Assembly (NCBI RefSeq): GCF_006345805.1
Contig: NC_043000.1
Span: forward strand, 78,926,001 to 78,990,000
Source: Octopus sinensis
Taxonomy: Eukaryota
Direction of reading: 5' to 3'
Length of the DNA: 64,000 nucleotides
A program made the position numbers and the translations under genes. Below the pieces are notes generated by a model. The model was given only the letters and a program-made list of their open reading frames with translations, made no database searches and was not told the origin of the DNA. Below, piece by piece: positions 1-12,130 of this stretch (the stretch's first letter is position 1; every line of letters begins with the position of its first letter).

Positions 1-1
1 C

Positions 2-1561
2 GGAAAGGTATACCAAGAGGGTGAAGAATTCCAAGACAAATGTAATAGATGTAAATGTCTTTCTTCTGGCTATATTCAGTGTACTAATAACGTGTGTCAG
101 TGCCAGTATAATGGTAAAGACTACGACGTTGGAGTGAGTTTCAATGATGGTTGTAAGACTTGCACCTGTCAAACTACAGGAACAGTGCAGTGTAACAGTG
201 ATAGATGTGGCTGTTATTACAAAAAATCACAATATCAAGAGGGTCAAACTCTCACCGACGCTTGCAACACTTGCCGTTGTATAAACGGACAAGTAGATTG
301 TACAACAAGAGTCTGTCAATGTACTTACCAAGGACGGACCTATAATATTGGCCAAAGATTTGGTGAATGTGATGAATGTCAATGTTTGTTTAGTGGTACA
401 GTCCAGTGTTCTAACAAGCGATGCAAATGCATTTATAACGGAAATACCTACCGAATTGGAGAAACATTTCCAAACGGCTGCAATACATGCACGTGTAAAA
501 TTGATGGTAGTGTAGACTGCACTACAAATCCATGTACCTGTACATACAAACACAGGGTTTATAATATGGGACAGACATTCACTGATGACTGTAATACTTG
601 TACATGCCAACATAACGGTCAAGTTGCGTGCACACATAGAATGTGCAAATGTAGTTATAACAACCAGTTTTATAATATAGGTCAAACATTTAGAAAGGGG
701 TGTAATACGTGCACATGCCAAGCCGATGGTACCGTAGACTGCACTACAAATCCATGTACCTGTACTTACAATCATAAAGTTTATAATATCGGACAGGCAT
801 TCACTGATGACTGTAACACTTGTACATGTCAGCATAACGGACAAGTAGAGTGCACATATAAAACGTGTCGATGTACACGGAAAGGACGGTCTTATAAAAT
901 TGGTCAGACATTTCACGAAGATTGTAACCAATGCCAATGTTTATCAACTGGATATGTTCAATGTACAACCAAAGTTTGCAAATGTACTTACAACAACCAG
1001 CTTTATAATGTAGGTCAAACATTTAGACAAGGTTGTAATACATGTACGTGTGAAGTGAACGGTAGAGTCAGCTGTACTAATAACCCTTGTAATTGCTTAT
1101 ACAATGGAAACACATACGGAATAGGGGATTCATTTAGAAAGGATTGTAACAAGTGCACATGCAAAGCCGATGGTACTGTAGACTGCACTACAAATCTATG
1201 TACCTGCAATTACAACGGCAAGCATTACGACATTGGTTCTATATGGTATAATGATTGCAACAAATGTCAGTGCACTTCTGAGGGAAGGGTGGTTTGTGAA
1301 CAGAATACATGCACGAAACCCTGTATACACAAAGGAAAAACCTATTCTGCTGGCGAAACATTTAAAGATGACTGCAACACCTGTACATGCGGACAGTTTG
1401 GTCAAGTATCCTGTACTAAAATGTACTGTCCCCCAACTACATGCCAATATTATGGGAAAACTATCCCAGATGGAAAAACATTTATGACTCAAGATAGATG
1501 CAATGTTTGTCGATGTTCAAATGGAAATGTCAAGTGTACCAAATACGATTGTTATAAAGAG
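2..1561 (+). CDS. Copy A exon 2 (5'-truncated by window): tandem six-Cys VWC-subdomain/pacifastin-like repeat protein, repeats 3-16
   Basis: Open frame from nt 2 (GKVYQEGEEF...) with repeats C-x-Y-x-G-x2-Y-x2-G-x2-F-x3-C-N-x-C-x-C-x3-G-x-V-x-C-T-x3-C. It ends at a strong donor GAG|GTGAGT (1561/1562). Colinear without indels with copy B (position A + position B = 33279). Confidence 0.93.
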
Positions 1562-2210
1562 GTGAGTAAAGTTTTCTATTAGTTTTGATCTCCCTAATAT
1601 AACGTGTCTCATCCTTATATAGTTAGTCATTGTAAACAGAGAAAACAACAAAGAATTGAATAATGTTTAGCATAAACATTGCAATGCTCTCACTGCACTA
1701 CACTCTACTACATTGTCGTACAAACAAAATTGTATCAGCGATTCGATTTCTGTCTTTATTTGAAGTAGTTCAATTTCATTGACCCTACCATTATCTTGAA
1801 GAAAGCCAATGTTCTCTTCATTGTAAACACGAGATTTTGTATATCTGCATATATTCATCATGTATATGAAAATTATTAACTTTCAACGTTTCAACTAACT
1901 TTATTGCTACTCTTGTGAAATCAACAGACTAGCTTTCACATTGAATCATCATTGTAAGTAGAATTGCGATACAGAATTGTAAATTTGCTATATATTATCT
2001 CATGTTTCAGAATATAGTTCGTGAGTTAAGCTTTTCTGCGCCTGGTGAAATATTAATACTTTGTTGTAAAAGAATGTGATATATACAACTAATCTAATAT
2101 ACACATTTTGAAATATAAATCCAACTTGATACTTAGTCTATGTTATTGTTTTTAATTTGTATGTCCAATCTAATAAATATATTGATTTCTTGTAATTTTA
2201 TTCTTTTCAG

Positions 2211-2225
2211 AGGCGACGTTACTGA
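2211..2225 (+). CDS. Copy A terminal micro-exon (RRRY-stop)
   Basis: Acceptor ttttattcttttcag| followed by AGG CGA CGT TAC TGA, in phase 0 with the 1561 donor. Conserved in all three copies. Confidence 0.75.
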   Translation, partial: RRRY

Positions 2226-2290
2226 TGAAGAATAGTTAATTTATATTGATATTTTTAAGAATTGTAAATATTACAAACATAACGTTTTTA

Positions 2291-2296
2291 AATAAA
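2291..2296 (+). promoter_or_regulatory. Candidate polyadenylation signal of copy A
   Basis: AATAAA about 65 nt after the predicted stop, also present in copies B and C. The context is AT-rich, so chance occurrence is possible. Confidence 0.45.
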
Positions 2297-3645
2297 ACAT
2301 ATATCTGCCGAACCTTTTTGTTTGATTTATAACTGTTTGATTCAATACCATTTTAGATAATCAAGTAATCTATTTGAAGATCTCTGATGAAAAGCATTTC
2401 AATACTTGAATAATTGAATGATTTGTTGTTAACTACTTGTCTGATGGTTATTGTCATATCTTATCATGGAATGCATCTTACACTCGACCACAGTTGCTAT
2501 GTATGCCTGTTAAGCTTCTACATGTTTTTCGAGAGACTGTACAAACAAAGCTGCATATAGGTATATCAGTATGCAGAAGCATATTCTGATATAATGTATT
2601 GTGTTTAGTTAAACCACCTCTGGACTGCAAACATTTCCACGTCCTATTGCATGTCACGCAACGTATAATTATGAACATACAATAGTCGTCTTTTTTACGA
2701 ATTTGTTGATGACTGATGAGCGCAGCATCGGAAAGTCATATGCGGCCACAAATAATATTTGTTGGGTCAAGACATGAGACGAGTAAATCCTGAGGGAAGC
2801 AGTTGCTTTCATATTTCATATTTCCTTGTCTAAAAATCAAGAAAAGCTGAGTATGCTGCCCAAAGAAACAAACTCGTCTACTATTTTCAGATCTGTTACT
2901 TCAAGTTATGCTTCCTTGCGTAGTTTGGAATATAACAAGTAAACTTGCTCAGACTAATGCCGAATATATATACGTTACAAGATACAAAAAATAATTCAAG
3001 AATATACACACACGCACGCACACAGACACTTACACAGATACATACACATGCACAAACACATACACAAACACCCAAAAACACACACGCACACACAAATACA
3101 CACACACACAGGAATATACTCACATCCACGCACACATGACTCCACACATATATACACTTAATTGCATACACATATTTGACAAGCTTCTTTTAGTTTGCGC
3201 CTACGAAATCATCTTACAAGCTTCACGGGTGGCCTGAAGTTATATTAGATGTCAGTCACAAAAGCAGCTGTGTAATGGGGCTTAGCCCAGAACCACATTG
3301 TTCGTATGTCAGAAACACATACCAAACTTTCTGTTGCTCTCTCTTCTCTCTCTCTCTCTCTCTCTCTTTCTCTTTCTATTTACGTATCTGCCTGTCCTTC
3401 TGTATGTCTGTCTGTCTATCTATCTGTATATATATGTGTGTGTGTGTGTGAGTGAATGCCTGTGTATGCATGTGTGTGAATATGTGTGTTTGAATGTGTG
3501 TGTGTGAGTGTGTGTGTTTATATAATTATATATAGAATCAACAGATGGGATCCAATGATTCTAATTACAGAAAACACTTTGTCGCCCTCAAATGATTTCA
3601 GCTTACACCCGGAAACTTTTAACGTGGATGATAGATATTTATATA

Positions 3646-3830
3646 TTAACAGACGATCAATATTCAAGTATAAATATATAGATATTTATATATTAAATGA
3701 AGGATGTATATTCAAGTATAAATTTATAGATATTTATATATTAACAGACGATAAATATTCAAGTATAAATATATAGATATTAACAGACGACGATTATTCC
3801 AAGAACAAATATATTAATGTTTATATATTA
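3646..3830. repeat. ~47-bp AT-rich minisatellite with alternating units (arm A)
   Basis: Units acagacgatcaatattcaagtataaatatatagatatttatatattaa and atgaaggatgtatattcaagtataaatttatagatatttatatattaa. Confidence 0.85.
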
Positions 3831-3879
3831 ACAGAGCAAATTTACGCAGAACAATTCTACCTTGATATATCCTAGCATC

Positions 3880-4170
3880 AGGGTCTGAAATGACAAATAT
3901 TTATCTCTCTATCTTAAAGACCCAGGTCGGATCTATCCAATGTTTATTTGTTTCCATTACTGGTTTATATTCTGGTGAACTACCTCAGCTAGCATTATGA
4001 AATAATCCTATTCCGAATCTTTCTCCCTCCAAGTTAAATCTTTACCTAAACTTTTCTTTAAAATCCTAAAATCTACCTTCCCATCAAACCTTAGATATTA
4101 CCTTATCTTCAATAAAACATCTATTAAAATCTCGTATTCGACCACGCCTAATTTAGGATCCATAATTTGT
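3880..4170 (+). mobile_element. Decayed PLE RT-thumb/linker remnant (shared by arms A, B, C)
   Basis: Translates to LKSTFPSNLRYYLIFNKTSIKISYSTTPNLGSII, resembling the PLE post-RT region. Confidence 0.55.
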
Positions 4171-4720
4171 TTTCCACAAAATTGTACGTATGTATATGTG
4201 TGTGTATACATATATATATATATCTATATATATATATACATACATATACATACATGATTATATAAATACATACATACCTTCCTACATACATACATTATAT
4301 ATGTACTTATGTACCTATTCGTTTGGAGGGATGAATGGTTTTTCGAACCTTTTATCTTGTACTAGCATCAAGTAAAGAGAAGAGAGGTAACTCTGATTTA
4401 ACAAAGAATTACCTCCGAACTATGAGATGAGATTTCATAGGAATCCAATCAAAACATTGTGAATCATGACGCTTTTCGGCAACCCAGCTAAGATAAAATG
4501 TGGATTAGAAGCACCAATCACTGACTGAGAATATGCAATACTTACTAGTTCAAATGAGATATGCCTGAGAGATATTTAAATGCGTTAATGTACATCCTCG
4601 TTGCTGAGAAAATAGTTAACACCATGTTGTTTAGGGTCCTTCTAAAGTGATACGCCAGTTCAGCTCCAGAAAATAGGGAAGGCCAACTCTTGGTATGATA
4701 GCCATAAATACCAGAGTGCC

Positions 4721-5254
4721 ATGTTCGTTGACACCACCCCTGGAGGTGAACTGGCGTATCGCTTTAGAAGGACCCTAGACAAACTTAAGCTAAGAATTAA
4801 GGTTGTTGAAAAGACAGGCAACCCTATCAAATCTATAATTGGTAGAACCTATCCTTTTAGTAGAACCCCCTGTACAGATAGGTACTGTACTGTATGTAGA
4901 TTTAGCCCACAAACAAACTGTAAAGCCAGAAATGTAGTCTATAGTATAAGATGTATAGAGGGACGATGCAGTAACAAGACAACGACATACGTAAGGGAAA
5001 CGGCAAGAAGCATAGGAGAGCGGGTAAATGTGCATTGGAGACAACTCAAGGAAGGTAAAAGCTCATCGATTCTGTACCAACACGCCGAACAAGAACACGG
5101 GGGATCAATCAATAACATAGAAATTAAAATATTATCCACACATAGATCAGATGCAACAATTAGACAAATTACAGAAGCTACACACATAATAGAAAATAAA
5201 CCTAGCCTGAATAGAAAACTAGAATGGAGCACTAACACACAACACAACATATGA
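4721..5254 (+). mobile_element. PLE GIY-YIG endonuclease fragment with preceding Cys knuckle (arm A only)
   Basis: C..CTVC...NCKARNVVYSIRC...YVRETARSIGERVNVH...SILYQH...IRQITEATHIIENKPSLN matches the GIY-YIG domain of Penelope-like elements. Confidence 0.85.
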
Positions 5255-6320
5255 CGATAGAGTATCCTGAAAACATAATAAATACACAGATAAATAAATA
5301 AATAATAAATAACTATATGTATGTATGTGTGTGTATATGTGTGGATATATATGTGTGTGTGTGTACTTGTTTACGTATTTATATATGTTTATATACATAA
5401 ATGGCGGTGCCCCAGCATGGCCACAGCTCATTAGCTGAAACTGGAAAAATCAAAATCAAAAATCAAATACATATATATATGAGCGTGAGCATGTATATAT
5501 TTTTTGTATTTTGAAATTAGCTATTTCATCTTTAAATGTTTCGACTGGAGATGGTTTGGGCCATGTTTAGTTTAATGGCGTAATTTGTATTGGATGGTAG
5601 TTCCCATTCATAGTTTTGTTTATAGTACTTGTGGTATTTATTTGGTTCTATATTACTAAGAATGGAGAGTTTATATGGGTGTGTGGTTGAGTGTCTGCGG
5701 CTGCTGGATGTTGTTTCTCCTCTTTGTTGATGTCTTGCTGAGAGTGTGCGTTTATGAATGAGTGATTGTGTGTGTGTGTGTGCGGCTGTGCATAGGTGGA
5801 GTGTGGAAGTGTGGGGCTGCATTGTTGGATATGTCCATGTCTGTGTGTGTGTGTGTGTATGTATGGATGTATGTATCTGTGTGTGTGTGTGTGTTTGTGT
5901 GCGTGTTTATGTGTGTTTTTATGCATACATATGTATATGAGCGTGAGCATGTATACATATTTTTTGTATTTTGAAATTAGCTATTTCATCTTTAAATATG
6001 AGAAATTAAATATATTACGTCTTCATTATATACTATCTTTTATAGAGATTATTTTAGATTTTGATTATAATATTTATATATTTTTTCATTGATAATTTAT
6101 ATATATTAGTCATTTCAAATATCTATATAAGTAGATACAGACTAAAATGGATATTAGAATATGGATTTTCTACCTTATAAATTAAAGTTAATATTTAACA
6201 TTGTAGTTGAATTTGATATAATCATATTTATTAATAGAGTTTATTATAAGTAAATTATTTTTTTTAGATTATATAGATTATCTATATCTTAAAAATATTG
6301 ATTATATTTTAGATTTGAAA

Positions 6321-6384
6321 CCACCTGAAGAATGTCTACTACTCAAAGATGTGATGAAAAGAAGACATGAAACGATCGTAGTGG
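6321..6384 (+). ncRNA. Type I hammerhead ribozyme in PLE pseudo-LTR
   Basis: CCAC-CTGAAGA-ATGTCT-loop-AGACAT-GAAAC-GATC-GTA^GTGG. Stem I is CCAC/GTGG, stem II is ATGTCT/AGACAT, stem III is the palindrome ACGATCGT, and the core is intact. Confidence 0.85.
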
Positions 6385-6632
6385 ATATTAATAATTGTTA
6401 AATTTCTAAATTATATAAATTAATTTATGTATTGGATTAAGTCTTTCTTTTTTTGATTTGCATAATAGTGGTTTTGTCTCTAATTTGTATAATATAATAT
6501 TTTACTATAAATTGGATTCAATCCTAAATCTGATTTTCCCCTGTAAGTTTGGATTTATTCCCTAATATTTATTATTAATTAATATATTGATAAATTGCGT
6601 ATATTGAGTGTAATACCTCAACTTCGTAAATT

Positions 6633-8108
6633 ATGGAATTTACAGGTAAGATAGAACCGCTATTTTGGAATTCATCATAGAAGGATATTCCAATACCCTC
6701 TAGAAAGGAATTTACTTTGAAACTTATTAATAATATTAAGGATTTTGTTTCTAGAATTAAATGGAAAGCTTACTATTATAACTATTATATATCTAATCTT
6801 AATGATAGTATGAATGATAATTTTACCTCTAATTTTAAATCGAAAAAGGACCCTCTATTTAATAAAGAATTACAAATACTAGAAGATAATATTTGGAAGG
6901 TTGTGAAAAATATTAAATTTCATAAATACCCAAATAGAAATAATGAATATTTAAGAAATTGAGCAATTAAAATTAAAGATATGAGAAATATGGATGGTAT
7001 TATAGTACAATCTGATAAAAGTAGGAATTTATATAAATTGGATGTTAAATTATATGATAAACTTTTAGAGAAAGAAATAATTAAAAAATATAAAATTGTT
7101 CCAGATAGTAAACTTTATAATATTAATAAGGCCTCTAAATTAGTAATGATAAACTATGAATTGGATAATAAAACTGAACCTTATGTACCTATGCACCCCA
7201 GAATTACTCTGAAGGACAATAAAGATAATTTTTATTCAGACCCTAAAGTTGGATTAATTTGTCCATGTAATTCTGACCTAGGTAAATTAAGTAAACTTAT
7301 TTTAGATAAATATATTAATAAATTAAATAAACTTAATTACTTAAAATTATGGTTTCGTAATAATAGTACTTTGAAATGGTTTAATAATATTAAAGATAAA
7401 AATCGTTATAAATTTATTCAAATAGATATAGATAATTACTATTCTTCTATTAATGAAATTGTGTTTAATAAGGCCCTTATTTTTGCAATGAATAAAGTGG
7501 GAATGACATTTGAAGAAGTTAATGTAATTAAAATGGCTAGGAAATCGCTCATTAAATATAAAAATAAATTATGGGCTAGGAAAGATACTAGGGATTTTTT
7601 TGATATACCTATGGGAGCACCTGATTCTGCACAAGCTACTGATTTAGTAGGTATTTACCTTTTATCTGAACTCCAATTAGAAAATTTAAAGATAGAGGGT
7701 GGTTTATATAGGGATGACCTTCTACTAATTACAAAGAATTGCACTAATAGGAACCTAGAAGTATATAAGAAAAAACTTTATATTTTCTTTAAAAGATATG
7801 GTTTAAGTATTACTATATATAATGAGAATTCTAATGTTAATTATTTAGATGTTAATTTTAATCTAATTACAGGTAAAACACAACCATATCATAAAATTAA
7901 TGAGAACCTTAGATATATAAATGTTAATAGTAATCACCCACCTTCAATTAAAAAATCGTTGATTAATAATATAAGTAAACGTATATCATTACTTTCTTAT
8001 GATATAGAGATTTTTAATAAACATGCTCCTTATTATAATGAGGCCCTTAGAGAGGCAGGTTATAATAGTAATATTAAATTTTATAATAAATTAATGATAA
8101 AGATATAA
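6633..8108 (+). pseudogene. PLE reverse transcriptase, one frame with two premature stops
   Basis: ATG at 6633, TAG at ~6678 and TGA at 6960 are in the same frame as track ORFs 6717 and 6981. Motifs KDIPIPS, IKWKAY, DIDNYYSSI, GAPDSAQATDL, YRDD, YLDV, NHPPSIKKSL. Confidence 0.88.
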
Positions 8109-8839
8109 CTAATAATTTTAGAGATAAAAATATTAATAATAATTATAATAATTTTGTTAATAATAGTGGTAAAAATTTTAGAAATTATAAAAATAAAAAT
8201 AAAATAAATAAAAATAAGAATAAAAACAAGAATAAAAATAAAAAAATAAAAAAATAATAATAATAAAAATAAAATTAATAACTTTAATAATTCTTTAAAT
8301 GTTGTACATTGATATAAATCGGGTGTGCATGGGTGGAGTGTGGAAGTGTGGGGCTGCATTGTGGGATATGTCTGTGTGTGTGTATGTATGGATGTATGTG
8401 TGTGTGTGTGTGTTTGTGTGCGTGTTTATGTGTGTTTATATGCATACACATGTATATGAGCGTGAGCATGTATATATATTTTTATTTTTGTATTTTGAAA
8501 TTAGCTATTTCATCTTTAAATGAGAAATTAAATATATTACGTCTTCATTATATACTATAGTTTATAGAGATTTTAGATTTTGATTATAATATTTATATAT
8601 TTTTTCATTGATATTTTATATATATTAGTCATTTCAAATATCTATATAAGTAGATATAGACTAAAATGGATATTAGAATATGGATTTTCTACCTTATAAA
8701 TTAAAGTTAATATTTAACATTATAGTTGATTTTGATATAATCATATTTATTAATAGAGTTTATTATAAGTAAATTATTTTTTTCAGATTACATAGATTAT
8801 CTATATCTTAAAAATATTGATTATATTTTAGATTTGAAA

Positions 8840-8903
8840 CCACCTGAAGAATGTCTACTATTCAAAGATGTGATGAAAAGAAGACATGAAACGATCGTAG
8901 TGG
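8840..8903 (+). ncRNA. Type I hammerhead ribozyme in second pseudo-LTR
   Basis: Same motif as 6321-6384, with one substitution in loop II only. Confidence 0.85.
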
Positions 8904-9006
8904 ATATTAATAATTGTTAAATTTCTAAATTATATAACTTAATTTATGTATTGGATTAAGTCTTTCTTTTTTTGATTTGCATAATTGTGGTTTTGTCTCT
9001 AATTTG

Positions 9007-9041
<35 letters not shown>

Positions 9042-9590
9042 CGATTCAATTTATTATTATTACTACTAGTATTGTTGTTATACATACATACATACATACA
9101 AACAAGCATATGTAATGATAATAATGGGTGGATGTAAACACATGAACAAAATAAGAATAAACAAAAACAACAAAAACAAAAACCAAAAAAAAAAATACAA
9201 AACAAAAAATACAAAATACAAAATACAAATTACATGAACGTATAAAATTACAAATTACATGAACACATATAAACAGAATATACAAATATTACAGGCATTC
9301 CCCACATACACACACTAAATAAACATAAACGCACATAGAGATATAAGCATGCGCAAATGAAGACATACAATAGAAATACAAAATGGCTGACGGTTAGTAA
9401 GGAGAGACACAAATAAGTGAGAAGAAAACAAAAGACCACTGATGCGGTCACAGGAGTGTGAGGAAAGAACTCTGGCCGAAATAAGATTAAGAATAATGTA
9501 AAAAAATAAGTAACACTGAAGCAAAGTAACACCAAATATAGTGCGTGTGTTTTTATTGGCTAGACTGGCAAAATGACCATTCCGAAATAT

Positions 9591-9666
<76 letters not shown>

Positions 9667-9828
9667 GTATACATAGATACATACATACATATATACATAC
9701 ATTTATGTATATATATGTGTGTGTGTTGTGTGTGTGTATATATAAATATAAACAAAGGGTAACAATTTTTAAAAATAAAATTTTTACAATTGGTCAGAAT
9801 GCTTATTAAATGTCAGAGGAAATATATA

Positions 9829-10224
9829 TCTATATATATAAAAGTGAAGTTGTGTGAGTGTCTGTCTCCTACGAATTAGATTCCTAACTACTCCCACATT
9901 TTGCGGTGCAGTTTAACCAAAACCGGGTATCTTATAGTCATGATTCATATCGAGCCCTTCTGGGTATTAGCGCGCGTCTACGATGAGTCTACCATTTTAA
10001 AAATAATTTACAATAATATTTTTCCATTTTAAAGCATATTTTTTAAATAAAGGGAAGTAACTCTCTAAAAATGTCTACGATGACTCAACGATTTAAAAAA
10101 AAATTTAGCATAATTTTTTTTCCATTTTTAATGCATTTCTTGCTATTTTTTGGCTATAACTCTCTAAAAATGCTTTATAGTTATTTCCCTTACAAACCCG
10201 AGCAACGCCGGGCGATACTGCTAG
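9829..10224 (+). mobile_element. Non-autonomous Helitron (arm A only)
   Basis: 5' TC, 3' hairpin cccgagcaacgccggg then CTAG, inserted between A and T with no TSD. The empty site is visible in arms B (~27640) and C (~60095). Confidence 0.85.
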
Positions 10225-10519
10225 TTTCTATATAATAGAGTATAGAAATTTATACACGGAGAGAATACCACCATGTCGACTTCTAATATGCTGAAAAGTG
10301 CAGTCAAAAGCGAAACCACGTTGCGTGTAGTCGAGCAGGATATGTAAATGAATAAAAATCTCAGTTACCCCTCTACCTATGAGTTTCTGAATTAATGACC
10401 AAACAAAATAATTAATTAGTCAATAAATTCATTTATTAACCATCCGTGGTTCACCAGTAGAGTCGCTGGGAAATGTATAATTATAAAACTATAATTATGA
10501 AACACTTCACTTAGGCGTT

Positions 10520-11600
10520 CTAGATTATCTGCTGATGTTGATATCTTCAACGATAAAGCCATATTTCATAGCTCTTCGTTACTTAAAGCAGGCTATAAAG
10601 AATAAAATTTCCGATATTAACGCTACTGACATAAATTCTTTCGCTACTCATCAGGACATGAAAACACGTCATAACGGTAATAACATTATAAATTTTAGTT
10701 CGAAAAACAACACTAAATCGAAAGATGAAATTTTGCAGTGTAAGTTAGTTAACTGTTCTTTATATCCCTCCTACACGTAATAAAAATAAGTCTAGGACTT
10801 CTCAAGATAATTACCCTAACAACAATGTCTATCCTAGTAAAACTGTTTGGTTGATAATTCCATATGGTAATCAGATCAAATCCAACCGCTTTTACCAGTT
10901 TCGAGAACCTATAGATAACAATTTTCCCAAATATCCAAGCTACCATTCCATTATTAATTCAAACCGAATCAGGATAGGGTTTTTAAACACAAAAAACCTT
11001 TCACAAATCATCTCTCTTAAACAAAAGTTGTTAAACTCAAATCCTCTTAACGAAAGTAATAACATTGATATTATTAACGATAATACTTTGAACAATACTT
11101 TGAACAATAATAACAGTAATATTAATATTTCTGATAGAAATTCGAATCGTATTCGTTTCTTTAGCAGTAATTCTAAGACTAGAATCTCTGTTTATGAATG
11201 AAAAATTACTTCCAGTTCTGAAGTCTTATTTGTAAATATGTACAAAATCGTCTCAGTTGTCGAAAAGAATAAATAACCATTAATCTACATTTAGACATAT
11301 CAATAAACGCAACAATACTGAGTATAGGACTTTAATTTGGTCTCTAAAGGAATATAACGAACAATTCGATCTGGAATGAAATATTCTATCTAGATCCTTC
11401 CCATATGACAAAGTAAATCTTTCTGCCCGCTCTGTAACGAAGAACAGTTTCTAGTCCTTTTTTCGGAGAATACACTTGTAAACACGTTTATCGTTGTAAA
11501 CTTTGGCAAAACATACCTTTTAGTTCCTATAAGTAAATTCTGACGACCTATAAAATTCGAACTGTAACTGTCATCTTACATTTCATTTTCCCTACATACA
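10520..11600 (+). mobile_element. Decayed PLE 3' part (thumb, linker, endonuclease region); copies at 26240-27340 (-) and 60820-62400 (+)
   Basis: WLIIPYGNQIK...IDNNFPKYPSYHSIINSNRIRIGFLNTKNLSQII, followed by a degenerate C-x2-C tail typical of PLEs. Confidence 0.7.
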
Positions 11601-11625
11601 ACTATTTACAGCTACATATAACTAT

Positions 11626-11878
11626 GTGGATGCGCGTGGTTAAGTGGTTAGGGTTTCAGCATTTTGACTGTGATTTCGATTCCTGGACCGGGAGACACGT
11701 TGTGTTCTTGAGCAAAACACTTCATTTCAGGTTGCTCCAGTCCACTCAGCTGGCAAAAATGAATAACACTGAGATGGACTGGCGTCACGTCCAGCTGAGT
11801 CACACATACGCCATAGAAACCGGGAAACCGGGCCCAAGAGCTTGGCTAGACTTTAAAAGGGCGCATTTATTTATTATT
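11626..11878 (+). mobile_element. tRNA-derived SINE (family 2); arm copies at 25975-26223 (-) and 62429-62680 (+)
   Basis: A-box gtggttaagtgg and B-box-like tttcgattcc. An independent copy lies at 35928-36185. Confidence 0.8.
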
Positions 11879-11879
11879 T

Positions 11880-12130
11880 TAAGTAAGGCAAAGCTATAAA
11901 ATATGGCTTTATCGTTGAAGATATCAACATTAGCAATCTTGAAAGTGTAAGTGAAATATTTCTTGTTATAGCCCTTGAATGGTAACTGAAGGAGCTAACG
12001 TATTTTAACTTTGTTGATGGTTTATGATATGGGGAAGAAGAAAAATTACATAAATTAAAGGTGATATCTAAAATGTTGGCTTTAGTGATGTTATCATCGA
12101 AAATAATAATGAAGCCCATATTTCGAAAAA
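11880..12130 (-). mobile_element. Inverted PLE RT palm/thumb fragment
   Basis: ANILDITFNL...PYHKP...YVSSFSYH..ITRNI resembles NFLDVTF..L...PY.KP...YV...SNHP. It shares ~30-45 nt with the + strand PLE piece at ~10540. Confidence 0.7.

Larger units (their letters stand above)
5787..9015 (+). mobile_element. Penelope-like element: pseudo-LTR / RT ORF / pseudo-LTR (3' truncated, no endonuclease)
   Basis: ~700-bp direct repeats at 5787-6496 and 8324-9015 flank an RT frame. Each repeat carries a hammerhead. A third partial copy lies at ~5478-5537. Confidence 0.88.

Noticed and set aside
227-937. 236-aa antisense ORF (also at 32342-33052 and 53969-54490) and other ORFs overlapping exon 2
   Set aside because: Shadows of the Cys/Thr-rich sense frame with no independent motifs; they are conserved only because the arm is duplicated.
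2700-2745. ctgatgagcgcagcatcggaaagtc hammerhead look-alike (in all three arms)
   Set aside because: No closing pair for stem II and no stem III or stem I compatible with the core.
3646-3830. CRISPR-like regularly spaced repeats
   Set aside because: Contiguous minisatellite units without unique spacers, in eukaryotic DNA with no cas genes.
6633-6990. Stop-codon reassignment or an intron (ACAG|gtaaga at ~6645) explaining the in-frame stops of the PLE ORF
   Set aside because: Two isolated stops are more simply explained as decay, and no matching acceptor is needed to keep the frame.
9435-9495. ctgatgc-ggtca...tggcc-gaaat motif
   Set aside because: Core A9 is altered and stem I does not pair; at best a dead ribozyme relic.
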